From an uncultured Opitutales bacterium (GTDB lineage: Bacteria > Verrucomicrobiota > Verrucomicrobiia > Opitutales > Intestinicryptomonadaceae): a stretch of DNA of 64,000 bases. The position numbers and the translations under genes are program-made. The DNA is taken from the NCBI GenBank assembly GCA_944389315.1, contig CALXLX010000033.1:2981-66980 (forward strand). The letters run 5' to 3'. Below, piece by piece: positions 17,206 through 26,987 of the stretch. The notes beneath the pieces are model-generated. The model was not told where the DNA came from. It ran no database searches and saw only the letters and a list, made by a program, of their open reading frames with translations. Every line of letters starts with the position of its first letter. The first letter of the stretch is position 1.

Positions 17206-19449
17206 CTAATCCTTTGTGCCTATCGCAGGAAGAAGCAACGTGGGCCTCTTCGGCGGAGTCTGCGAATCGTCTATGGCATTGAACTGTTCCTCAAGCATGG
17301 GCTCTATGCGAACTCCCTTCGTGCCGTTTACATAAACTATGCGCGGGCCCTCCGCGCGGGTGTTGTCCTCGTTGTTTATGACTACGGGATTGTCCGTCAT
17401 GACAACGGTCCCCGCCTTGGGATACACGTCAGCCCTGCCGCATGTAGCCACCTTAAGGCCCTGCTCCATCTTGACATTTCCGAACAAAATAATCTTGTCT
17501 ATGCCGCGCTCCTTGGACTGCGCCTGGGCGCCTGCCTGGGGCTTTAACATTACAACTTCTATCCTGTCGCAGGAGCCCTTCACGCCGTCTCCGGTGATTT
17601 CCACATCTCCCTCAAAAAAGTACCTGTCGGCCTTTGTCCCGCCAACAAGGCTCTGGCGGTTTGAAACTATGCGCGTGGGTTCTCCGCCTTGGGGGGAGTC
17701 TGCAGACATCTGGCTCTTTTCCAAACCAACGCCGTCCATATGCGGTAAAATTATGGACGGGCGCTCCTCGGGCTTGTCGGGAGAAATCAGCATCTCTACA
17801 AACCTGTGAGAAGTCTCCGCCGGTTTTTTCCCGCTTTTGGAATCCGCCTCCACCTTGGGGAATATGTACGCTATCTGCGACTTTGCCACATAGTCTTCGT
17901 GGGTCACTACAACGTCCTTAGCCGCGACTATCTGGCGTATGGCAGCGCTGCCGCCCTCGGCATCCACACTGTCGGCATAGACGTCCATAACCTGGCAGGA
18001 AGAATTCATACCCTCCGACGACACGCCGACATCCCCCGTAAATGAAAGTATGTTCGCCTCCCCCTTCTTTACGCTCTTTAAATTGCGGCTCTTAATTACA
18101 GTCTTTGAGTTTCCGCCCGCCTTGCCGGCCGCAACCGACGGATCCAGATCCTCCATGCCGCCGGAAAGCGTGACCACTACAAAATCTTTGGGATTCTTCT
18201 TGTCGGATATTGCCAGCGCCGTCTGGGAGTTTTGCAAGAGTATGATGCTCTTGCTCTCAAGAGTCATTCCCTTCTCGCGCTCCTCGAGCCTTGCGGAGTC
18301 CGTCAGCCAGGTTTCGCCCTTGGCGGGGAACACCTCAAGGCGCTTTGCCGAAGCCGTGCGGGAATCCTTAAAGAGCCTGACATCGCCCAACCCCTCTATC
18401 TTCGTTATCTCGGAGCCGCCAGATTTTGACGGCGAGGCATGCGCCATAAGGGAGTCAGCCTCGGCCTTGAACTTCGACGAAGTCACCTTCACGTCCCCCT
18501 CGAAGGAAAATTCAGAAAATCCCTCCTTGGGCTGGCTGAGCAGAGCTTCTTTGGAGCTTATGAAAATCGTATCGGGGGCGGAGGAGTCGCTCTCGTCGAC
18601 TATTATCGCGGTGGAGCGCGTGTTTGCGTCGGAAAAGCTCTTTATCGTATTCTTCGCCTTGCTTATCTCTATGCGCGCCCCAGAAAGAGACGCCTTGGAG
18701 GCCTCGTCGAAAAGGCTCGGCTTTTCCAGAAGAACTACGAGGTCGTCCGCCGGGATTATCTTGGCATAGCCGCTGGTGCTCTTTCTGCCGTCGGAATCAA
18801 ATTTTACGTTCCCCTTCGCCTCTATGTGCTTTACACCCTCCTGGGCAGATTTGCCCTCGGCATTCTTCAGCGTGCGGACCTCCAAAACATCGCACAGAGT
18901 CTTTGCCTGCGCGTTTACAACGCTTACGTTTTTCCTGAAGTCGAAACTGTTCTCCTCGGAACCGGTCGAGAAGGTCGCCTCAACGCTCTTTATCTGTGTC
19001 TTGTCCTCGGGCTTCTTGCCGGAGATGTCCAAGACAACGTCGGAATATATGTCTATCTTGTCCTGCTTGCCGCTCCAGAGCCAGCGCTTCCCCGTCAGAT
19101 TAAAGCCGTCTCCGGAAATTTCCACCTTCTCGTTGCTCCCGCCCTCGTTGAGGTCGGGATATACGTCTGCCAGCGGGCTTTTGAATGTGGCGCGTTTTAC
19201 CTGCGTCTTTTTGCCGTCGTACAAGTCGAGCTTAAGATCGGTAATCACTATCTTCTCCCCGACGTACCTGGCCGTGGATCCGAACACCTCCCAATCCTTA
19301 AACCCGCTGTCCGGATCAAAGTTTGGCAGCTCGAAATTCTTTACCAGCCCCGGCATTATGACGGAGTCCGACGCCGCAAAAGCCGCCCCGCACGCAACGA
19401 CCTGCGCGCAGATAAAAACCGCCGACAACCTGCTGAAAACCTTACGCAT
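17206..19449 (-). CDS. exported multi-module LptC/LptA (OstA-like) repeat protein
   Basis: Signal peptide or lipobox (..ICAQVVAC-GAAFAAS). LptC-like head (VITDLKLDLYDGKK...GDGFNLTGKRWLW..IDIYSDVVL). At least six G-[DN]-V-x-h... strands follow (GNVKFDSDG, GDVKVTSSK, GDVRLFKDS, GDVGVSSEG, GDVEITGDG, GNVKMEQGL), as in LptA. Confidence 0.55.
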   Translation of the reverse strand: MRKVFSRLSAVFICAQVVACGAAFAASDSVIMPGLVKNFELPNFDPDSGFKDWEVFGSTARYVGEKIVITDLKLDLYDGKKTQVKRATFKSPLADVYPDLNEGGSNEKVEISGDGFNLTGKRWLWSGKQDKIDIYSDVVLDISGKKPEDKTQIKSVEATFSTGSEENSFDFRKNVSVVNAQAKTLCDVLEVRTLKNAEGKSAQEGVKHIEAKGNVKFDSDGRKSTSGYAKIIPADDLVVLLEKPSLFDEASKASLSGARIEISKAKNTIKSFSDANTRSTAIIVDESDSSAPDTIFISSKEALLSQPKEGFSEFSFEGDVKVTSSKFKAEADSLMAHASPSKSGGSEITKIEGLGDVRLFKDSRTASAKRLEVFPAKGETWLTDSARLEEREKGMTLESKSIILLQNSQTALAISDKKNPKDFVVVTLSGGMEDLDPSVAAGKAGGNSKTVIKSRNLKSVKKGEANILSFTGDVGVSSEGMNSSCQVMDVYADSVDAEGGSAAIRQIVAAKDVVVTHEDYVAKSQIAYIFPKVEADSKSGKKPAETSHRFVEMLISPDKPEERPSIILPHMDGVGLEKSQMSADSPQGGEPTRIVSNRQSLVGGTKADRYFFEGDVEITGDGVKGSCDRIEVVMLKPQAGAQAQSKERGIDKIILFGNVKMEQGLKVATCGRADVYPKAGTVVMTDNPVVINNEDNTRAEGPRIVYVNGTKGVRIEPMLEEQFNAIDDSQTPPKRPTLLLPAIGTKD

Positions 19450-19450
19450 T

Positions 19451-20098
19451 CTACTTCAACGCCGCAGAGACCATTTTAAAAATACCGGAGAAAAGCTCCA
19501 CCGTATTGCTTGCGAGCATATAGGCGGGCGTTGAATAGACGTTGAGCTTTTCGTCGAAACAATAGTCGTCAACGGCGCAGTTTACATGCTTGGCTCCCAT
19601 CTTCTCGAGGGCCGATGCCGTTGAGGCGTCCGTGCCTATCGTGAGCCTGACGCCCCTTCCGCCCAAGACGCGCGCGGCTATAGCCGGGGATATGCACACA
19701 AAGCCCTGCGGCTTGCCCAAATCTGCCATGCCCAAAACGGCCCTTTCAACGTCGGGATTGACTGAACAGCCATCCCCGTCGAACGCAAAGGTGCACAAAT
19801 TCTTAGCCGCCCCAAAGCCGCCCGCGAAGAACATTGCGTCAAAACGCGCAGGGTCAAACTCTGAAAGCGGTGCGATATTCCCGCGGGCGATTCTCGCTGC
19901 CTCGACCAGAACGCTTCTGCCCCCCTTTGCCGAGGAGCCGTCGAGATGGTTGACAACATCCGCCTGCTCAATATCCGGCGCGAAGAACGACACCTCCGCC
20001 CCCTCCTTCTGGCAGGCGTAAAGCAGCATTACCGCTTCGTGTATCTCCGCGCCGTCATAGACGCCGCACCCCGAAAGGACTATCGCAACTTTTTTCAT
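19451..20098 (-). CDS. elbB: isoprenoid biosynthesis glyoxalase ElbB (DJ-1/PfpI superfamily)
   Basis: MKKVAIVLSGCGVYDGAEIHEAV...FFAPD...ICISP pattern. It ends 1 nt before the start of the LptC/LptA-like gene. Confidence 0.8.
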   Translation of the reverse strand: MKKVAIVLSGCGVYDGAEIHEAVMLLYACQKEGAEVSFFAPDIEQADVVNHLDGSSAKGGRSVLVEAARIARGNIAPLSEFDPARFDAMFFAGGFGAAKNLCTFAFDGDGCSVNPDVERAVLGMADLGKPQGFVCISPAIAARVLGGRGVRLTIGTDASTASALEKMGAKHVNCAVDDYCFDEKLNVYSTPAYMLASNTVELFSGIFKMVSAALK

Positions 20099-20146
20099 AT
20101 CCCTATTTTTTTCATATTAACCCGCGCCGGGCAATTTTATTTTTCG

Positions 20147-20923
20147 TCAAACTTCAAGTACGAGACCGTCGTATGCTATATGCATGCCCTCAGGGAGTTT
20201 TTCCTCCCAGACCTCGTAGTCTATATGGCAAGTAGTGTGCGTGAAATAGGAGACCTTCGCGCCGATTCCGGCGGCGTAGTCTATTGCCTCGTAAATCGTC
20301 ATGTGCGAGGGGTGTTTTTTCAATTTTAGGGCGTCGAGGACAAGAACGTCGGCGCCGCGGGCAAGCTCTATTGCCCTCTGGGGCAGCTCCTTGCAGTCAG
20401 TATAGTAGGCTATCTTCGCCCCGCCGCTTTCAAAAACCAGGCCAAGAGTCTCTACTGGCCCGTGCGGCAAAACCACGGAGCTTATGCGCCCGCTCTTTCC
20501 CAGGTCCAAAACCTCGGGCATCTTCATTGCATTGAAGCACGGATACCCCCTCTCGGTGGGCTTGCCCTTCATGGCGTAGGGGAACATCGCGGCTATGCGC
20601 TCGAGGCCGTAGTCGTTGGAGTAAACGTCTATTACGTTGTCGGGGAGCCTGTCGCAAAAGCGGCGAAGGTCGTCCATGCCGGCTATGTGGTCGGCATGTC
20701 CGTGGGTCAGCAAAAAGAGGTCTATCCAATCTACGCCGCAGTTTAGGCATTGCATCCTAAACTCCGGACCGGCGTCTATCTGCACATGTTTGCCGGCCAT
20801 CTCTACATGCGCGCTGGTCCTTGTCCGCCAATTCTTCGCGCAAGCCAAATTCAGCCCCCCGCCCTCGTAGGCGATGGGCGGAACTCCCTGAGAGGTTCCA
20901 GTTCCCAAAAATTTAAATCGCAT
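20147..20923 (-). CDS. MBL-fold metallo-hydrolase (PhnP-like)
   Basis: MRFKFLGTGTSQGVP and LLTHGHADHIAGMDDL (HxHxDH). Confidence 0.75.
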   Translation of the reverse strand: MRFKFLGTGTSQGVPPIAYEGGGLNLACAKNWRTRTSAHVEMAGKHVQIDAGPEFRMQCLNCGVDWIDLFLLTHGHADHIAGMDDLRRFCDRLPDNVIDVYSNDYGLERIAAMFPYAMKGKPTERGYPCFNAMKMPEVLDLGKSGRISSVVLPHGPVETLGLVFESGGAKIAYYTDCKELPQRAIELARGADVLVLDALKLKKHPSHMTIYEAIDYAAGIGAKVSYFTHTTCHIDYEVWEEKLPEGMHIAYDGLVLEV

Positions 20924-21156
20924 ATATATTAGAATCTCACAACATAGTTATTCTACCTATCTTCGATTGCAAGGCGGAACTCCCCGTTTTTGTTGCTATT
21001 GCGCAAGAATACCGCAAGATTTTTCCCCGCGGGGATGGAACGGCCCCTGCCGGCAACCAGACCGCGCCGCCGATAGCGCCTCTATATTAAAACGCCGCGC
21101 CATACCGAAAATTCCAGAAAATGGGAAATCCTTTCTATGGTTTCCCAAAAAAATAC

Positions 21157-21185
21157 TTGCTTATATGTCAATGCATTCATAATAT
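21157..21185 (+). promoter_or_regulatory. candidate sigma70-type promoter
   Basis: TTGCTT, a 17-nt spacer, then TAATAT. It lies about 60 nt upstream of the ATG at 21249, which has a GGAGGA RBS. Confidence 0.3.
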
Positions 21186-21248
21186 AGTTCCAATTTATCA
21201 CAAATTGTATTTTTGATATAAACAATATATTATACGGAGGAAATTCTG

Positions 21249-22634
21249 ATGTCAGGAAAGATGGATAGGCGTTCTTTTGTCAAGGCGGGAGCCGCATTGG
21301 GAGCTATGGCGGCATTCCCCGTCATAGGCTGCAACAGTTCTAAAGCCGGAGAGGGTGATTTGCCGAAGTATTCGGGCGCGGCGATAAAGGGCTCGGACAA
21401 GATTAAAGTGGGCTTAATCGGCTGCGGCGGCAGGGGCACGGGGGCGGCGACAAACGCCATGAACGGCTGTAACAATGTGGAGCTTGTGGCGGTTGCGGAT
21501 CTTTTCCAAGACAAGCTTGATTCCGTCGAAAGCAGGCTCAAAAGCCAGCTTAAGGGGCAGGAGAAGTTCGGCTTCGGCGGCAAGGAAAGCCAGATAAACA
21601 TTCAGCACAAGTTCTGCGGGTTCGACGCCTACAAAAAGCTTTGCGAGACGGATGTCGACGTTGTCATAGACGCCTGCCCGCCGGCATTCCGCACACCTCA
21701 CGCGGAGGCTATAGTAAACGCCGGCAAGCATGCCTTCCTTGAGAAGCCAGCCTGCATAGACATAACGCAGATGCGCAAAATGCGCGAGATTTCCGCCCTG
21801 GCGGACAAGAAGGGCCTTTCCATCATGGTGGGCACGCAGCGCCACTACAACAGGGGCTATCAGGAGGCCATAGAGCGCGTTAAAAACGGCGACATCGGCG
21901 AGATAGTTGCGGCCCAGTGCTATTGGAACAGTGCCGGATACGTCGGCCACAGCCAGCACGACGCCATGGAAAAGCAGGGGCTCCTCAAGGGTCTTTCGCC
22001 GGACGACATGGAGTACCAGATACGCAACTGGTTCAGCTTCATCTGGGCGAGCGGAGACCACATCGTAGAGCAGCACGTCCACAACATAGACGTGGTTCTC
22101 TGGGCCATGGGCTACAAGCTGCCCGTCGAGGTAAACGGCATGGGAGGCAGAAGCACGGACTTGCCCGTAATGACCTACGGGGACCGTTTCAGCCACTTTG
22201 CAATTGACTACGACATGGGCGACGGCGTGCACATTGCAAGCTACTGCCGCCAGGATCCCAACACTGCCGGGCACGTCATGGAGCGCGTGATAGGCACGAA
22301 GGGCATCATGGAGACGCACGAGTGGGGCAAGCAGAGAATCACGGGCGCGAAGGCTTGGGAGTCTCCCTACAAGAACACGCCGCCGAGCGTCATAATGGAG
22401 CACAAGGCCCTCTACGACGCCCTCAAGGAAGGCAAGCGCATAAACGCCCTGCCGGATCTGATCACCTCAACGGGAGTTGGCATAGCGGGCAGAATGAGCG
22501 CATTCTCCGGAAAGCGTTTCAAATACGGCTGGATGGTAGAGAAGTCCCAGGAGGACCTTATGCCCAAGCAGATGGCGTTTGTGAAAAACCCGCTGCCTGG
22601 CGTGCCGGTTCCGGGCAAATACCAGTTGGTGTAA
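21249..22634 (+). CDS. Gfo/Idh/MocA family oxidoreductase with a Tat signal and possible lipobox
   Basis: MDRRSFVKAGAALGAMAAFPVIGC (twin-Arg plus VIG-C). Rossmann IKVGLIGCGGRG and the EKP motif (AFLEKPACI). Confidence 0.8.
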   Translation: MSGKMDRRSFVKAGAALGAMAAFPVIGCNSSKAGEGDLPKYSGAAIKGSDKIKVGLIGCGGRGTGAATNAMNGCNNVELVAVADLFQDKLDSVESRLKSQLKGQEKFGFGGKESQINIQHKFCGFDAYKKLCETDVDVVIDACPPAFRTPHAEAIVNAGKHAFLEKPACIDITQMRKMREISALADKKGLSIMVGTQRHYNRGYQEAIERVKNGDIGEIVAAQCYWNSAGYVGHSQHDAMEKQGLLKGLSPDDMEYQIRNWFSFIWASGDHIVEQHVHNIDVVLWAMGYKLPVEVNGMGGRSTDLPVMTYGDRFSHFAIDYDMGDGVHIASYCRQDPNTAGHVMERVIGTKGIMETHEWGKQRITGAKAWESPYKNTPPSVIMEHKALYDALKEGKRINALPDLITSTGVGIAGRMSAFSGKRFKYGWMVEKSQEDLMPKQMAFVKNPLPGVPVPGKYQLV

Positions 22635-22656
22635 GAGAAATTTGCATACCGTTTTG

Positions 22657-22686
22657 CGGCCCGGGTTTTCCCGGGCCGTTTTTTTT
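22657..22686 (+). terminator. intrinsic terminator
   Basis: Perfect 9-bp stem CGGCCCGGG/CCCGGGCCG, a TTTT loop, then T8. Confidence 0.85.
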
Positions 22687-22851
22687 ACGATGAAGACTCC
22701 AACGGAAAAAGATGTCCGGAATAGAAATATATCGGGCGCCAGGCGGGGTCTCACAGGTTAAAAAAAAGCCCGCCTCTGGAAACGGATTAAAGCCCAAACT
22801 GCAGAGATTATCCCCGCAAGAAAACCGCTCGTGCAAAATCTTTCTAAGGAT

Positions 22852-22886
22852 AAAAAAAGCGCGGATATGAGAAAATCATTCCGCGC
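22852..22886 (-). terminator. intrinsic terminator after proS
   Basis: On the minus strand, GCGCGGA..(14-nt loop)..TCCGCGC is followed by T7. Confidence 0.7.
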
Positions 22887-22957
22887 GCCATTTTATCTTG
22901 CTGCTGACTGGTACGGCAAAACCAACCACTCAAAACCTGGCGGTTGATGAGCCTTAT

Positions 22958-24475
22958 TTAGTAGGACTTTGCAAATACAGCCCTCCGAGAGGCTTTTGCG
23001 CCGTCGAAGGGGCATACGCCCTCGGGCTCTCCGCCCTCAAGCGGAATGCAGCGCACGGTCACCTTCAGGTCCTTCTTAAGCTGCTCCTCGACCTCGGGAT
23101 TCCCGCTGAAATACGTCATGGCAAAGCCGCCGTGTATCTCGGGGTTGTCCTCGTTCTTGGGAGTGAAGAAGGAGTAGAACTCGTCCTTGGAGTCTATAAT
23201 GCGGGTGTTGTCCTGCCGGTACTTGAGAGCGCGGGCAAACATGGCGTCCTGTATGGAGGAGAGCATCTCCGGCAGGGTGCTTATAAACTCCCCGCGCGGA
23301 ACGGACTTCTTTGAGCCGTCGAAACGCGTCGACACAAACAGGCTGTCGGAAGCAATGTCCCTCGGGCCCACTTCAACCCTCAGCGGAACGCCCTTCTTTA
23401 TCCACCCCCATACCTTCTCGCCGCCGCGGATGTCGCGCGCGTCAAGAGCCACGCTCACTTCCGCGCCGCAATACTTTACTTCGGAAATCTGCTTCTTGAG
23501 CAAGTCGCAATACTCCATAATCTTGGCGCGCTCGGCCTCCGAATGTATAACCGGCAGTATCACAACCTGGGTGGGCGCAAGCCGCGGCGGAAGTATAAGG
23601 CCGTCGTCGTCGGAGTGCGTCATTATAAGCCCGCCTATAAGGCGCGTGGAAACGCCCCAGGAGGTTGTCCAGGCAAACTGCTGCTTCCCGTCCTCTGCAA
23701 GAAACTGTATGCCGCTTGCCTTCGCAAAATTCTGCCCGAGGAAATGCGAAGTGCCAGCCTGAAGGGCCTTGCGGTCCTGCATCATAGCCTCTATGCAGTA
23801 GGTGTCCACCGCGCCCGGGAACTTCTCGCCCTCGGTTTTCTTGCCGCATATTACCGGCATTGCCATGTAGTTTTGGGCAAAGTCCGCATAGACGCCGAGC
23901 ATCTTTGCAGTCTCCTCCTCGGCCTCAGCGCGCGTGGCGTGGGCGGTGTGCCCCTCCTGCCAGAGGAACTCCGCCGTGCGCAGAAAAAGACGCGTTCTCA
24001 TCTCCCACCTGACGACATTCGCCCACTGGTTTACAAGTATGGGCAAATCCCTGTACGACTGCACCCACTTCGCGTACGTGGCCCCTATTATGGTCTCCGA
24101 AGTGGGGCGCACTATAAGGGGCTCCTCAAGCGGGCTTGCCGGTACGAGCTTGCCCTCGGCGTTGAGCTCGAGCTTAGAATGGGTGACAACCGCGCACTCC
24201 TTCGCAAAGCCCTCTACATGCTCGGCCTCCTTCTGCAGATAGCTTACGGGGATGAACAGCGGAAAATACGCATTTGTATGCCCCGTATCCTTAAACATCT
24301 TGTCCAAAGCGCGCTGCATATTTTCCCACAGACTGTAACCCCACGGCTTTATGACCATGCAGCCGCGCACGGCGCTATTTTCGGCCAGCTGGGCGGCCTT
24401 GACAACCTGCTGGTACCATTCGGGATAATTCTCCGCCCTCGTGGGGGATATTGCGTTGCGTTTTTCTTTTGCCAT
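22958..24475 (-). CDS. proS: proline--tRNA ligase (archaeal/eukaryote-like type)
   Basis: N-terminus ..AISPTRAENYPEWYQQVVKAAQLAENSAVRGCMVIKPWGYSLWE.., class II motifs, and a C-terminal Zn-domain-like tail ending in Y. Confidence 0.9.
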   Translation of the reverse strand: MAKEKRNAISPTRAENYPEWYQQVVKAAQLAENSAVRGCMVIKPWGYSLWENMQRALDKMFKDTGHTNAYFPLFIPVSYLQKEAEHVEGFAKECAVVTHSKLELNAEGKLVPASPLEEPLIVRPTSETIIGATYAKWVQSYRDLPILVNQWANVVRWEMRTRLFLRTAEFLWQEGHTAHATRAEAEEETAKMLGVYADFAQNYMAMPVICGKKTEGEKFPGAVDTYCIEAMMQDRKALQAGTSHFLGQNFAKASGIQFLAEDGKQQFAWTTSWGVSTRLIGGLIMTHSDDDGLILPPRLAPTQVVILPVIHSEAERAKIMEYCDLLKKQISEVKYCGAEVSVALDARDIRGGEKVWGWIKKGVPLRVEVGPRDIASDSLFVSTRFDGSKKSVPRGEFISTLPEMLSSIQDAMFARALKYRQDNTRIIDSKDEFYSFFTPKNEDNPEIHGGFAMTYFSGNPEVEEQLKKDLKVTVRCIPLEGGEPEGVCPFDGAKASRRAVFAKSY

Positions 24476-24552
24476 ATTTGTGTGCCTAAAAAATAAAACG
24501 GCCCATCGGATAATTGTTTGCGATGAGCCAAATTGAATTTTCCTTCCCTATC

Positions 24553-24894
24553 TTAAAAACTCTTAACGGCTTCGTCCCGAGTTGAGAATATGGGGAATAT
24601 GCTTGTAAAGCCCGATATCTCAAAGACCTGCTTTACAGACGGTGCCAGGCTTGAAAGCACTATCTGCCCCGACACCTTCTTGAACTGTTTGGCCGCCGCA
24701 AGCAGAACCCTCAGCCCTGCCGAAGATATGTATTCAAGCTGCCTAAAGTCCAGAAGAACCTTAGTCTTATTCTCGGACAGCAGTGTAGAAAAAACCTTCT
24801 CGAGCTCGGCAGTAGTTGTGACGTTGAGCCTGCCTTTGAGAGTCACGACGCTAACCCCACCGACATCGTCCAAAGAAATTTCCATATTTTCCAT
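24553..24894 (-). CDS. STAS-domain anti-sigma-factor antagonist
   Basis: SpoIIAA-like, 113 aa, with ..LDFRQLEYISSAGLRVLL.. (the conserved phosphorylatable Ser context). Confidence 0.75.
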   Translation of the reverse strand: MENMEISLDDVGGVSVVTLKGRLNVTTTAELEKVFSTLLSENKTKVLLDFRQLEYISSAGLRVLLAAAKQFKKVSGQIVLSSLAPSVKQVFEISGFTSIFPIFSTRDEAVKSF

Positions 24895-25063
24895 AAAATT
24901 ATTTTGTTTGAATATAATCGTGGCGTAAAAAAAAGCAAAATCAACAATAAATTAAGAGCCTAAAATCCGTCTTGCTGTGCAAAGACATACCCGTTTCTGG
25001 CGGAGCGGAACGCGCGGATTCTCCACCCCATGGGAGGAAGCGGCCAAACCGCCTTTTTAGAGC

Positions 25064-25939
25064 TTAAGGCTTCAGCTTAAACTCTATGCCCGCCCATTCT
25101 CCCATAAAATCTGTGCGGGAGCTTTCCAATCTGCCATTAAGGCTCTTTTCAAAGACAGCCTTAACGGAGTCGGCCTCGGTTTTTAAGATGCCGCTTAAGA
25201 CAAGAACGCCGCCGGGCCTTACGGCGCGGCACAGAATCTCGGCGTTGTCGGAAAGAATGTTGGCCAAAATGTTGGCCAGGAGTATGTCGCAGCAGTTTGC
25301 GGGCAGGGAATCGGGAAGCCCGCCCGTCCAAAAAGCATCGTCTGGCAAATCTGAATTGCTGAAACGGGCGTTTTCGCGGCTTACCAAAACGGCGTCGGGG
25401 TCTATGTCAAAGCCCTTCACCTTCTTAAAGCCCAATAGGGCGGCGCTGACAGCAAGTATGCCTGACCCGCAGCCGGCGTCTATGAGCTCCTTTTCGGCGT
25501 AATCGGGATTTTCGGAAATGTATCTTTGCAGAGCCTGCGCGCAAAGGCGCGTCGTGGGGTGGTCGCCCGTTCCGAAAGCCATCTGGGCGTCAAAGTAAAA
25601 GACCTTATCTCCCTCCGGCAAAACGTAGGAGTCCTTCAGCCAGACGGGCACCCAATGCAAATTGCCACAGCTCCACGGCTTAAGATAGGCCTTGTAGGCG
25701 TTCTTCCAGTCGGCCTCGACAACGGGTTCCGCGGCGGCCTCGGGAAGGAAAGGCAGGCGGGCGCGCAAACTTGCAAGGCTGGCGGCGGCTTCCTCCTCCG
25801 AGTCAAAATATCCGCAGGCGCTCCAGCCGACGGGCTCGTTCCTGCGCTCGACAGTCCAATTCGGGTCGGATATCTCGTCTATAAGCTCCTCGAGCATGAG
25901 GGCGCTTTCCTCCGACAAATCAAAACCTATCTTTACCAT
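25064..25939 (-). CDS. prmA: ribosomal protein L11 methyltransferase
   Basis: FGTGDHPTTRLC and IDAGCGSGILAV. Confidence 0.9.
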   Translation of the reverse strand: MVKIGFDLSEESALMLEELIDEISDPNWTVERRNEPVGWSACGYFDSEEEAAASLASLRARLPFLPEAAAEPVVEADWKNAYKAYLKPWSCGNLHWVPVWLKDSYVLPEGDKVFYFDAQMAFGTGDHPTTRLCAQALQRYISENPDYAEKELIDAGCGSGILAVSAALLGFKKVKGFDIDPDAVLVSRENARFSNSDLPDDAFWTGGLPDSLPANCCDILLANILANILSDNAEILCRAVRPGGVLVLSGILKTEADSVKAVFEKSLNGRLESSRTDFMGEWAGIEFKLKP

Positions 25940-25987
25940 ATTTTACCTTTTGCCTGTATAAATAGATATTCTGACGCGCCCGCAAAG

Positions 25988-26809
25988 TCAAATCCCGAAA
26001 AACTCCTCGGCGTTTGCAGACGAAATTTCCGCAAGCTCACCGAATGGAATCTTAAAGACTTCGCGCGCGGCATACTCCACCGTAAGACGCAGGTTCGCCG
26101 GCGTATTTACACTGCCGCGCAGGGGCTCGGGGCTCAGGTAAGGACAGTCAGTCTCGAACATCACCCTGTCCAAGCCCTGGGCGAGCATGCACCCGCGCAT
26201 TTCCGAAGCGCTCTTATAGGTTATTATGCCCGTGAAAGACGCCCTTCCGCCCCCGCTTACAAGCTCGTCCAACTCGCTTAGATTGCCGCTGAAACAGTGG
26301 AAGACGACTTTTGAAAAATCCATGCCAACGCGCCGCAATGCGTCAAGACACTCCCTGTTCGCGCTGCGAGCATGGACCACCACGGGGCAGCCGAACTGCT
26401 TTGCAAAATAAAGCTGCCTCTCAAATATTTCCGTCTGGCGCGAAATTACTTTTGCGGCGTCCTCGGTCCAGGAGCTCCTGCGAAAGAAATCGAGGCCTAT
26501 CTCCCCTATGGCTACAGGCCTTGCCCGGCCGTCCTCCGCGAAGAAAGACCCGAGCGCCTCAAGCTGCAAGGAACTGTATTCAGTGATGTCCTCGGGGTGC
26601 AGACCCACAGCCCAGTAGACGTTCTGCTCCGATGCAGCCAAGTCCCTATATTTTGCCCAATCGTCGAAAGACGCGCTCTGGGTTATTATTTTTTCCACTC
26701 CCGCCCCGCGCGCGGCAGATAGCACTCCCGAAATTTCTCCGTTTTTTAAAAAGCGGTCGAGATGCGCGTGGGTGTCTATGAGGCCTGCATTCATTGAGGG
26801 GAAATACAT
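25988..26809 (-). CDS. TatD family hydrolase
   Basis: LIDTHAHLD.. and further metal-ligand motifs. I chose the start at 26809 (GAGGG 5 nt upstream) over the listed 26869. Confidence 0.85.
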   Translation of the reverse strand: MYFPSMNAGLIDTHAHLDRFLKNGEISGVLSAARGAGVEKIITQSASFDDWAKYRDLAASEQNVYWAVGLHPEDITEYSSLQLEALGSFFAEDGRARPVAIGEIGLDFFRRSSWTEDAAKVISRQTEIFERQLYFAKQFGCPVVVHARSANRECLDALRRVGMDFSKVVFHCFSGNLSELDELVSGGGRASFTGIITYKSASEMRGCMLAQGLDRVMFETDCPYLSPEPLRGSVNTPANLRLTVEYAAREVFKIPFGELAEISSANAEEFFGI

Positions 26810-26987
26810 ATGTACCCTCGCCCGATTCGGGCAAACATAAAATGCCGCCATGCTGGGCTTTTGATGCAAAGGCTACGCATTAAAAAATTTACGGATAAAA
26901 TACGTTTCTCCCCGCGGGCGCAAAATGCCGATATTTGTTTGACAAGAGGGCAAAGCAAATAAAGTCTTGGGTAAAAGGGACCCTAAT

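Noticed and set aside
21121-21152. Hairpin GGGAAA-n12-TTTCCC followed by A7, considered as a terminator.
   Set aside because: Neither strand has a proper U-tract following the stem: A7 follows it on the plus strand, and only ATTTTC follows it on the minus strand. The region is a divergent promoter spacer, so this is probably incidental or a protein-binding site.
24476-24552. T-box or attenuator leader upstream of proS, and a purine riboswitch upstream of the NCS2 permease (29414-29468).
   Set aside because: The spacers are only 77 and 55 nt. That is too short for either RNA element, and they lack the conserved cores.
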